Positions 9,018-19,000 of a DNA stretch of 64,000 nucleotides are shown here, in pieces. The notes below the pieces were generated by a model. That model did no database searches. It was not told the origin of the DNA and was given only the letters and a program-made list of their open reading frames with translations. Position 1 is the stretch's first letter; each line of letters starts with the position of its first letter. The stretch lies in IMG/VR virus record IMGVR_UViG_3300035662_000013, one strand, 5' to 3'. This stretch comes from an uncultured virus (IMG/VR IMGVR_UViG_3300035662_000013). Its lineage: Duplodnaviria > Heunggongvirae > Uroviricota > Caudoviricetes. The position numbers and the translations under genes are program-made.

Positions 9018-12000
9018 TTAATAACCGTATTCTCTTTTTATAGAATCCCGAATGTGTTCAGATTTTTTTCTCATTCTTTTTATTTCTTCAGGATCTACGC
9101 CTGCATCTCTTAGCATATTTTCTTTGTCTTGTTTCTTTTGAAGCAATTGCTTAGATTTCTCTCTAGCTCTTGCATTCCAGTTTTCAGGCCAAATAAAATC
9201 TCTAACCCTACTATATGGTATAAACATACTTTCATTTAGAAACGCATCATCTTTCTTAAAGTTGGGATTTCCAATGTATGGTTGATATTGCTTAGCTATA
9301 GGTATGATTTTCAATAATGATTTATCTATCTTCCTAAAGCCTTCATAGTGTCCGGTTCTAACTATGTCTCCATAAGAACCATCTCCAACCATATCTAATA
9401 TCTCTCTGCCTTGTGTAATTATACCTATAGTACCAAATGGTTCTTTCTGCAGATTATAAACATCGGATGGAGACATCATGGCACCAACCTCCATAGTAAC
9501 ACGAGCCATCAATAAATATATTAACATCTCCCATGACTCTTTTATCTTATCATCATCGTCCCCGATTGCGTACTTGCTAAATATAGTTGCTGCAGCAGAC
9601 AATGCTATAAAGAACGTGAATTCCTTAGCAAGCCTTTGTGCTGAGTACCTTTGACTGTACTCGTATTTCTCGTTGACATTTGACATTTTCATGAACAACA
9701 TATTCATCCATATTTTTGGAGCCGTCTTTAAATTACCCCATCTATAGATACCACTAGTCTCTACCCCTAGATCGTACCTATACATTTTTGGATGGAACCT
9801 ATCTTGGATTGCCCACAATAAGTAATTCTTATGTAAAAGCATCATTGAGCCAACTAGATTTCTATGTGCTGCAGTTCTCTCTGTTCCAGTTAACGATCCA
9901 TCTAATTTACGAGACATAGATGCTGAAAGTAAGCTTACTTGATTTTCTAGCTCTGGAGTTATATATTCAGCATATTTTGGATCTATTACTAGATTGTTGT
10001 CAGCAACGCTGTATGCAGAGTATAGTGTATCTTTTATCAAATCCCATTCCCTAGCCCCTTCTTTTCTTTGAGCGCCAGGGAAAAATCTAGTTAAGAATTG
10101 CTCTCTACTATAAAATTCACCTTCATACAACCTAAAGTTGTCTAGTATAGCTATCATAGACGGAGCCTTTATTGCAAAGTCGCCAGCCTCGTATGGGCCA
10201 TACCAGAATTTATCTTCTACATATCTTGCAAATTTCCATCCATGCAAGTTTTTCATATCCGACTCGTTGCTTCTTGTAATGCCAAAATATCTCATAAGAG
10301 ACGTTATCTTATCATTGCTTCTATTAGTGGATGAAGCTACTATGCTAGGCAAACGTAGAGCTATTTCTTTATTAGCAAACATAAGTCCTTTTTCTGTAAA
10401 GAATGAGCCCATTGATGCTTCTATTTTTTGCTGAACCTTAGCACCACCAAAGTTACTGAATATAGATTTTATATTATATCCAAGATTGACTATCCTAGTA
10501 TAAGATATTATTGCCTTTATAAACTTGTCTACAGATACGGAGCCGATTCTACCAGAAGTAACTTTTTCTTTGTTAAACATTCGCCTAATCATATTATATA
10601 GTGACGTAGCGATATTGCCTCTAGATATTGAGAATTCAAGTGCGCTTACTTTATCATCACCATAAACTTCTGAGTTAACAAACTCTGCGGCTTTTTGGTA
10701 CATTCTACCGCCAGTCTTAACCTCTTTCCCTTTTGGATCATGTATCTGAACATTTCTAAGCCCTTCTAGTATAGTTTCTATGGTTCCACGAACCTTAGAC
10801 ATCTCAACGAAATTAAGAGATGACGAGTAATACATAGCAAATGAGCCAAGTAAATCCCTGGATATCATATTTGTATCCTCAAGCATCGTTCTATATCTAG
10901 TTGGTATATGCTTAACAGCTGTGCCGTCGGCATAATATTTACCACTCGAATCTGAATCCCCAATAAATAAATCCTCAGGCATATAATTCATAGAGTCTTT
11001 CAACGCTTTTATAAATCCAGATATCCAATTGCTGCCTCTAACAACCTTTGCAAAGAATGATGTAGATATTTGAGGCAATCTATTTGGATTAGACCTATTC
11101 ATATAGAAGTAGTTCTCATTTGCTTTTTGCATAGCACTTCTATACGCTTCTAAAAATTCCTTATCTTCTTTGTTTGAAGTTAATCTATTATATTCCTTAG
11201 AGTTATCATACATTGAGCGTTTTGGTTGCATACCATATTTCTCTCTAGACTTATCATAATCCTTATTATATAATGGAGAACTTTCGTCTAGCTCTTGCCA
11301 TATGAAGTTCGGAGAGATCTCTATAAACGACTTATTCTTTGGAACTATTTTTGACCAGTGAGAATATAGAGTAAATTTACCTTTTTTATTATAATACCCT
11401 GAATTCTTTTTAAATTCATTCAGAGCATTAACGCCAGCCGATGATTTATCTGCTGATAATCTCTCTATTTCACTATTATAGGCTTGATTAGGAACAACCT
11501 CCGCTATATCTTTAAATTTAAATCTAGCAGTAGATGTTGTCTTAACTCGAGTGTCTGATAGTTTTTTATCTATTCTTTTTATTAGCTCAGCTATGTGCTT
11601 ATTAGCCTCAACCCTTGTACCTATAACCTCCATAGTATTCATATCTCTATTATACTTAAGTAGGTCTTTTCTTATTTGGTAGAGTTCTTTCCATTTCTCA
11701 GATTGCATTTCATTGGCAGATGAAGAAATCATCTCGTAAAACTCATCTTTAAGTCTTACGGTAGTATTCTCTTTCATCCATTCCTTGAACTCAGCTGCAG
11801 TCAAAGTCTTTCTTGCGTTTTCCTTGGCTCGTTCAAATGCATCTACATTGAATTTGTATTTTATACCATCAGTGGTAGCTTTGTAGAATTCTTGAAGTTC
11901 TATCGCTACATTATAATCGTATGAACCTACAGTCTTAGGGGTACCATCAGCGTATGTAAGCATAGATAAGGCTTCTTTTCTCTTCTTTATGTCGAACAAG

Positions 12001-15000
12001 CTTTCCTTATCTTCAAGGGTCATTCTTTCAGTCCTTATTATTCCATTCTCATCTCTGAATTTAGAATAAAAAGATCTAAGTATGTCATCATATTCTGTCA
12101 TAAGCTCTTGTGTTGAAGGACTTATATTCTCTCTTAGCTTATAATACTCAGGAGTGAATATGCGCTCAACGTTAGCCTCCATCCAAGCATTCTTTTCTTT
12201 TTGGAATTCAGCGGCTTCTTTTTCATCAATAGGAATTGCTCCATGACCAGTTAATCCGTATCTGAAATTAAGGTCATTCATAAAGATATCGTAGTTCTTG
12301 TAGAACGAACCATACTTTAAGTCAGACAGAAGATATCCAGTTGTTTTGCCATTGTCATTTTTCTCCATATATCTAGAGAATGTAGCGTACTTTCTCTTAG
12401 CTCTAACAGCGTCCCATTTTTCTTTTAAACCAAGAATCACACCATCAGTCTCCATTGTGCGTCTAGCGTTCATCTTAGCCTCCTCAACCTTGGCAAATAG
12501 TATTCTATGCTGCTCCTTAGGAGACATCACCATCGCACCTACAAGCATTGTTAATTGACCTATGTCGTCGCTCTCGCTAAATACAGTCTGCTCTGAAGTG
12601 TCTGAAGATTTCTTGGTTATACCTTTAACTGTAGTGGATCTATAATTTAACCCCTCTCTCTTTATAGTATTGACATATTGATATTCATTTAGCCCGATAA
12701 GCATTGACTTGATATCATCAATCTCAGACCTAATCTTTCTTACGGTGGCAATAAGACTATCTATATCTTCTTTTGGGAAGCCCTTGGCTATAGACGGAGA
12801 GTCGTTTATAATTGTACTAATAGCAGCTGTTGCTGAGTCATACATAGATAGGAAGTTCTTAGATATATCGAATAACTGCTCATCATCAAGCCATTTGCCT
12901 GTGTTCTTAAGGACTACCATCTTATCAAGCTTGACTCTTACGTCTTTGATTTCATTTGCAGAGAATTCTATAAATTTAATCATGCCAACCATCGCCTCGT
13001 GTTTTTCAACGTCCTTTATTAGCAATTTCAATGAGTCTAGATAGGACTGAGTAACGTTCTTACTTCTCTCTGCTGTATGCAGCTTAGATTTCAATCCAGA
13101 AAGAACCCTATTCATTGTAGCCATTGCTGTAGACTTACTTAATTCATCCGATGTAACCATCTCTGAGTCAAGCATTCTATATGAGACATTAAATGAGTCT
13201 GGGCCTATATCAGCCATTCTGTCTACTGGAAACAAGACTACTGTATTTTCATCTATTTTAGACACAAGCATAGATGGAGTAAATCTCATAATAACGCCAA
13301 TAAACTCAGTTCTATCTGACTTAATTGTAATGGCGCCATCTCCAAGCCTACTAGCGGCCCTCAGAAATGCTATTACGTGAGAGTTTTTTAACCCATATAA
13401 AGTATCGTCAGTTGGGAATTGATATATATCATCAACTTTTTTAAACTCAAAGCGATTTCCTGTTTTTCCATCTTCTACTATTATATCTCTAGAAATAGAC
13501 ATTTTGTATAACTGATGAGAGAATGATGCTAAAATATATGCACAATCATTTTCTTTCTCAATTGAATATTCATTTATTCCATGCTCTATTGCTCTTTGCT
13601 TAGAAGTATCGCTTTTAAACAGATTAAGAAATTCAGCTATAGCTATGTTAGCTCCATTTATTCCCTTTATTTCATTTGTAATCGAGTCGACTGACTTTGC
13701 CATTAAGTCCTTATCCTCTAGAGATAATATATCAACAGCATTCTTTCCGTACAATACATAATCCAGCATATCTCCTATTGATATATATGGATTTATATCT
13801 GTTGGTATGGAGTTGTTTCCAAATATTCTTTTAATAGTCTCTGTCAGAGCTCTTAAAGCTCTAGACCATAAGTATGCTATCTTCCTATTCTCTCTATTGT
13901 TATATTCTTTTTCTATAGACCTAATAATTATTTCATCTCCTACAACTTCATCGTCATATGTTTTTATGGTCTTAGCGTCGTCAATATATGAATTGTTGAC
14001 AGCATTAACTATCTCTGTATTTTTCATTGCCTCCGCAAGTAACGCGTCATATATCTCTCTATGTTTTGGATCTGAGCTTGCTCTTAATGCAAACATCATT
14101 GGGTGACCAAACATTTCATGAATAATATAACTAGGCTTTATTGTATCGTAGAAAAATACAGCGCCTCCAGCTTTATAATATGCTCCTGTATTCATTGACT
14201 TAGAAACTCCATAAAACATAGATGTATTTCTATTCATAACATTGAACTTTACACCAAACCTTCTACTAAGGTCATCGGCTATTCTTACAATGGCCTTTAT
14301 TTGGCGTTTAGAGACGTTCTGAGCCACTTTCTCGGCAGACATGGAGGTTAGCCTATCCTCGTTATTTTGAGTGGCTGAAATCGCCTTAGAATCGGTCGTT
14401 TTTACAAATGCCTTAAATCCTTCTATATCCTGCTTAGAGCCTAAAATATGAATCTGCTCCTTATCGAATACGACGTATTGGTCATAACTCCCAAGCTTAT
14501 CTGAGAACTTATCATTTGTATTTGTCGCTATAATTCCATCATTAGAGCCTTCATTTATCTTTGCTTTTATATATTCAACAGACTCTTTATACTCTCCTTG
14601 GTACAATTTATCAGTAATATCTGGATTTTGTATGTTAACAAGTATAGCCTTTGTTTTTCCTGTAGTACCCTTATTTCTAGTCCATCTGTTTGCGAATTCA
14701 TCTGCAACACTTTTGATTGTGGCAAAAAATCCATGGAACCCACTAGTTCCAAACTCAGGATTGTTAAAATCTGCGGCAGGAGATCCTCCGTGGTATACAA
14801 TGTCTTTTACTTTGCTGTCTGGAAATATCGTTTCTAAATACCGTGAGTACTGTTCCTTTGTTCCAATTTTAGATAATTCTGGATTTTGCTCGAATACAGT
14901 ATTTATTCCGCTGTCATTTCCTGTTGATTTTTTCGGAAGAAGGTCGGATAGATATTTATCAGTAGTAATAACTTTTTCTTTTGGAAATTTACTTACCACT

Positions 15001-16049
15001 TCATTTATTTGAGCCTTCCATTCATTAATATCATACTTAACTCCTCTAGCATTAGCCCTGTCTTTGAATTCTTTATCAGTTAAGTTTATTACTCTATCAA
15101 ATGAAGACGAATTGTTTCTAAGTAAATTAGTGTTTGACGTGAACAGCATTTTACCAGATAAGGCGGCCTCTTTTTTGGCAGCATCAAACAGCCTCTGCAT
15201 CATATCGTTATACTCGACGTTCCATTGCATATTTCCGCCATCTTTCACTAAATGTTCGGCTACTTTATATTTTATCGCAATGGCGCTAACCTCTCTATTT
15301 ATCTCTTCTGCATAGTCGTCATCTAGAGAAATAAAACTATCGGCTCCATTGTTTTTAAGGAAACTTTTTCCTATAGTTGGATGTCCAAATAGAACAACAT
15401 CTGTCTGTTTAATCGAATTTGAAACTATAATCTCATCAGCCTCAGATAAGTCGGACAATCTCTCTTGTGTGCTATATACAGGAGTATCAAAATCAATCTC
15501 GCCTTGCAGCTCTTTTGGCTCATCCAGCTTAGTTATCCATATAACTCTACCTTTACTATTAGGGGACTTTTTAAACGATAAGGAGTATTTACCTTGGATG
15601 TCATTTCTAGACGACTTTTTATTAAACACCTCCTCTATGAATTTAGCCTCGCCTTTTTCATTGTCAGGAAACTTTGAGTATGGGAAGGTTAAGATATTTC
15701 CATCATCATTTAATAGATTTAGTTCTTTATATAAATCCCTATTTGTAGATATAGGCAATATTCCAGCTCCATTATTTACATTCTTCTCGTATTCAGCCTT
15801 ATACTTCTTATCTCCACTAAGTACAAATTTAGAATAGTTAAGTATATCCGGAGTGTCTAAATTTGGCTCTCCATTTGTTTTATCCCAAACTGCGTATGCA
15901 TGTTGCATAGCGAAGTCATCGACCCCGCTACGCTCATCACGCAATTCTTTGTATTTAAACTCATCAATAGTCATTGGTCGACCACCGAACGCTTGAACGA
16001 TCTTATTAAAATCATTCCTTATTTTTTTATCATTAATATTTGGGCACAT
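9018..16049 (-). CDS. Large virion-ejected polyvalent protein (2343 aa) with P-loop, ART-like and zincin modules
   Basis: Downstream of the virion RNAP, as in crAss-like phages. GHPTIGKS Walker A (15363-15386); IVYHGG...GFFAT...NIQNP...DGII...QYVVF ART-like module (about 14400-14910); HEMFGH (14103-14120); hydrophobic helices near the C-terminus. Confidence 0.8.
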   Translation of the reverse strand: MCPNINDKKIRNDFNKIVQAFGGRPMTIDEFKYKELRDERSGVDDFAMQHAYAVWDKTNGEPNLDTPDILNYSKFVLSGDKKYKAEYEKNVNNGAGILPISTNRDLYKELNLLNDDGNILTFPYSKFPDNEKGEAKFIEEVFNKKSSRNDIQGKYSLSFKKSPNSKGRVIWITKLDEPKELQGEIDFDTPVYSTQERLSDLSEADEIIVSNSIKQTDVVLFGHPTIGKSFLKNNGADSFISLDDDYAEEINREVSAIAIKYKVAEHLVKDGGNMQWNVEYNDMMQRLFDAAKKEAALSGKMLFTSNTNLLRNNSSSFDRVINLTDKEFKDRANARGVKYDINEWKAQINEVVSKFPKEKVITTDKYLSDLLPKKSTGNDSGINTVFEQNPELSKIGTKEQYSRYLETIFPDSKVKDIVYHGGSPAADFNNPEFGTSGFHGFFATIKSVADEFANRWTRNKGTTGKTKAILVNIQNPDITDKLYQGEYKESVEYIKAKINEGSNDGIIATNTNDKFSDKLGSYDQYVVFDKEQIHILGSKQDIEGFKAFVKTTDSKAISATQNNEDRLTSMSAEKVAQNVSKRQIKAIVRIADDLSRRFGVKFNVMNRNTSMFYGVSKSMNTGAYYKAGGAVFFYDTIKPSYIIHEMFGHPMMFALRASSDPKHREIYDALLAEAMKNTEIVNAVNNSYIDDAKTIKTYDDEVVGDEIIIRSIEKEYNNRENRKIAYLWSRALRALTETIKRIFGNNSIPTDINPYISIGDMLDYVLYGKNAVDILSLEDKDLMAKSVDSITNEIKGINGANIAIAEFLNLFKSDTSKQRAIEHGINEYSIEKENDCAYILASFSHQLYKMSISRDIIVEDGKTGNRFEFKKVDDIYQFPTDDTLYGLKNSHVIAFLRAASRLGDGAITIKSDRTEFIGVIMRFTPSMLVSKIDENTVVLFPVDRMADIGPDSFNVSYRMLDSEMVTSDELSKSTAMATMNRVLSGLKSKLHTAERSKNVTQSYLDSLKLLIKDVEKHEAMVGMIKFIEFSANEIKDVRVKLDKMVVLKNTGKWLDDEQLFDISKNFLSMYDSATAAISTIINDSPSIAKGFPKEDIDSLIATVRKIRSEIDDIKSMLIGLNEYQYVNTIKREGLNYRSTTVKGITKKSSDTSEQTVFSESDDIGQLTMLVGAMVMSPKEQHRILFAKVEEAKMNARRTMETDGVILGLKEKWDAVRAKRKYATFSRYMEKNDNGKTTGYLLSDLKYGSFYKNYDIFMNDLNFRYGLTGHGAIPIDEKEAAEFQKEKNAWMEANVERIFTPEYYKLRENISPSTQELMTEYDDILRSFYSKFRDENGIIRTERMTLEDKESLFDIKKRKEALSMLTYADGTPKTVGSYDYNVAIELQEFYKATTDGIKYKFNVDAFERAKENARKTLTAAEFKEWMKENTTVRLKDEFYEMISSSANEMQSEKWKELYQIRKDLLKYNRDMNTMEVIGTRVEANKHIAELIKRIDKKLSDTRVKTTSTARFKFKDIAEVVPNQAYNSEIERLSADKSSAGVNALNEFKKNSGYYNKKGKFTLYSHWSKIVPKNKSFIEISPNFIWQELDESSPLYNKDYDKSREKYGMQPKRSMYDNSKEYNRLTSNKEDKEFLEAYRSAMQKANENYFYMNRSNPNRLPQISTSFFAKVVRGSNWISGFIKALKDSMNYMPEDLFIGDSDSSGKYYADGTAVKHIPTRYRTMLEDTNMISRDLLGSFAMYYSSSLNFVEMSKVRGTIETILEGLRNVQIHDPKGKEVKTGGRMYQKAAEFVNSEVYGDDKVSALEFSISRGNIATSLYNMIRRMFNKEKVTSGRIGSVSVDKFIKAIISYTRIVNLGYNIKSIFSNFGGAKVQQKIEASMGSFFTEKGLMFANKEIALRLPSIVASSTNRSNDKITSLMRYFGITRSNESDMKNLHGWKFARYVEDKFWYGPYEAGDFAIKAPSMIAILDNFRLYEGEFYSREQFLTRFFPGAQRKEGAREWDLIKDTLYSAYSVADNNLVIDPKYAEYITPELENQVSLLSASMSRKLDGSLTGTERTAAHRNLVGSMMLLHKNYLLWAIQDRFHPKMYRYDLGVETSGIYRWGNLKTAPKIWMNMLFMKMSNVNEKYEYSQRYSAQRLAKEFTFFIALSAAATIFSKYAIGDDDDKIKESWEMLIYLLMARVTMEVGAMMSPSDVYNLQKEPFGTIGIITQGREILDMVGDGSYGDIVRTGHYEGFRKIDKSLLKIIPIAKQYQPYIGNPNFKKDDAFLNESMFIPYSRVRDFIWPENWNARAREKSKQLLQKKQDKENMLRDAGVDPEEIKRMRKKSEHIRDSIKREYGY

Positions 16050-16069
16050 GTTGTTTTCCTCTTATTATA

Positions 16070-19000
16070 TTAACATTTATCTGACGGTCTTTCATTTCCA
16101 ATCAGACTATTATTTGGTTTAAACGACTCAGGTATTTTAGTTCCATCAGCTGAAACTTGTTTTTTCTCTGAGTTTAATTTTTTAGTATTAGTAATTACAG
16201 TAGCAGTTCTACGAGCTCTAGATACAGCCGTATACAATGCTTTCCTGTAAATTAATCCATCAAAGTTTTTATCTATTCCTCTGAGGTCCGAATCAAGAAC
16301 AAGAACGTTTTGATATTCTCCGCCTTGAGCTTTGTGTACTGTAGATGCGTATGTAAATCCAATAGTTCTATCCTTTAAATTATTTGACGCATTTTCGTTA
16401 TCAGTTAAGCTATTTTTTATAGGTTTAAGCGTAATGAAATCTTTAGTCAATGCAATAAAGAAGTTTCTATTAGCCTCTCTTTTTTCTTGATAGTCCATAT
16501 TACTTATCTCCTGTTTCCGCTTAAGAATAGCCGCTCGTATTGCAAGCATATTCTCTTCGCTATAATCAGTTAATAAATTAAATACGCCTCCAGCGGAAGC
16601 ACCAGTAGTCATTCGTATTTCTATTGGAACAACTTTCAATGTTACTCCAGGCACTGCGTATGACGTAATCTCTCTAGGAGCTCCTATGCTGTCAACAACA
16701 TATTCATCGTCGTTCGCAACCAAGTCTACCTTTCCAGCCTTTATTTGACTATATCCTATGACTTGTTCTCCAACCTCAATCAATCCTTTCTTTCCTAATT
16801 TAGCTCTAACATAGGCATTCATTGAGTCTATTACATCATTTCTAAATGCCAATATCTTAGCGAAATTAACATCCTTAGAATAGTCTTCTGACGTAAAGAA
16901 CATATCAACAAATTGCTCTACTGCTTTCGCTCTATCAGCTTCGCCTACAAATACAACGCCGCCTTGGTCGTTAAATGCATCTCTCTTAGAGAAGATTGCT
17001 TTAGACTGGTCGGTAAAATTATATTCAGTTCCATTGATATTCATAAGCCCAGGAGCCTGATACATTCTCATAATACTTAATACATCTGCTAATGGATTTC
17101 CATTCGCAACACGCATAACCTTATTAAGAACTATGCTGGTTGGAGATTCTAACCCAATTGATTGTTTAGGCATTCCTTTTGCGTCAGTATTTCCAACAGG
17201 ATATAACTGAGCATGATCTCCAATAAACAATACTTTAGCTCCAGTAGCTTCCGCAACTTTAAGTATTTCATCTACACTCTTATCTGAGATTAAAGAAACC
17301 TCATCTATTATATATAGATCTACATTAGATTCATAATTAGTAGCTCCGCCAAACTCAAGCTTCATACCAACCTCTCTGGCCTCTGGGACTAATTGAAAGT
17401 AAGCATGATATGTTTTAGCTTTCTTGCCAGTAGCTCTAGATAATACACCTTTAGCTCTATGTGTTGGAGCTAATAATTGATATGTAATCTCAGCATTGCT
17501 AAGTGCATTTATAAGTACTCTAGTTATGGATGTTTTACCAGAACCAGCAGAGCCTAATAGCGAGAATGGGGTAGTTATTGTTTTATCTTTAACCCATGCT
17601 TCTATTGCTTTCAATGCAGCTTCTTGCTCATCGTTTAATTGATAAGGAATACCAATCTTACTTAAGTCAATATCTTTTCCAAATAGATTTATATCAGCTT
17701 CTGATGGAGTATCAGGCGTTACTTCACTAACGACAGCATTTTCACTTTTTGATTTCAATCTAGAATATGCCTTCTCTGCAGATAACATATTCATATTATT
17801 AAATTCGCCATTTCCTTGCTGATACATTGCCGAAGTCATTTTTCCGTCAACAAATCCAAAAGCATACGTAGTCCCAAATTCAGTGAATCTTTCTTGTGTC
17901 ACTTCCGGCTCGATAATTGCTTGTTCAGTATTTGATGTCTTCGTAAAATCATTTACCTTTAGACTACCATCCTCATTATAATACTTAAGCGAAACAACAC
18001 TGTTATGTCCTGCATAGCAATATACACAGCTACTTGCGCATTTATCATTATATCTTAATGCATCCACCTTATTCCCGTAGCAACTACAATCTTGTCTTTG
18101 ATTTCCTTGGACATGAGTAACATCAGTCCTTCCCATCGCAGCGTTTATAGATTGAACATTTAAACAACCTAATTTTTGAACTCCGTCTACGTTTACTTTT
18201 TCAGCACAAGAACTTAATTGTCGTATTCCATATTTCTTACAAAGATCGCGCATTTTAACACTTAATTCATCTATTATCTCCTGTTTAGCGCTAAATTTAA
18301 TATTGTCATTTGTTTTATATGCTGCAAAATCGTAGCCAAGTTCCTTCATTTTAGCTACTATAAATCTATCGTTTTTAGATCCTGAATAGCTATCCATTAC
18401 ACTGAACTTAATCTGCCTAATTCCCATTTCTGACGCTCTCTTTATTACACGCTCTACGTCATCAAAATTAGTAACTCCTGGAATGATAGGGTCAATCCTA
18501 ACTGTTATTAGATTTGGATTTAAAAGGCCTTCTTTTATAAATGTCTCAATCCTATCTAATAAGTCGTCGTATTTCATAACGCCTGGCTCATACTTAGTGC
18601 CGCCAAGAGTAGTTATGCTGAAGTGATAGAATTTAGGAATTTTTAATTCAGCCAATTCTTTCAATGGGAGTCCGTCATGTTTTGTTATAAGATACATTGC
18701 ATTTACCCCATTAGTCTTTCTGTTGGCTACAATTTCTTTTATTTTCTTAACATGGAATACTGGGTCTGACGTCTCGCTGGCTATAAGTATCTTAGGTTTT
18801 CCTCCATCATTAAATACTTCATTAACAGTTTCCTGGTCTTGCTTACTTAACGATTCTTGTTTTCCCTCTATAGATTTTATAGTAGACTCATGCTCTTCTT
18901 CACTAGCTGTAGTGTTTTCTTGATTTTTAAATGTATTTTCAAACACATCTCTAATAGCCTGTTTTGCGGCATTTTCTTTCTCTATTCCTAAATACTCTTT

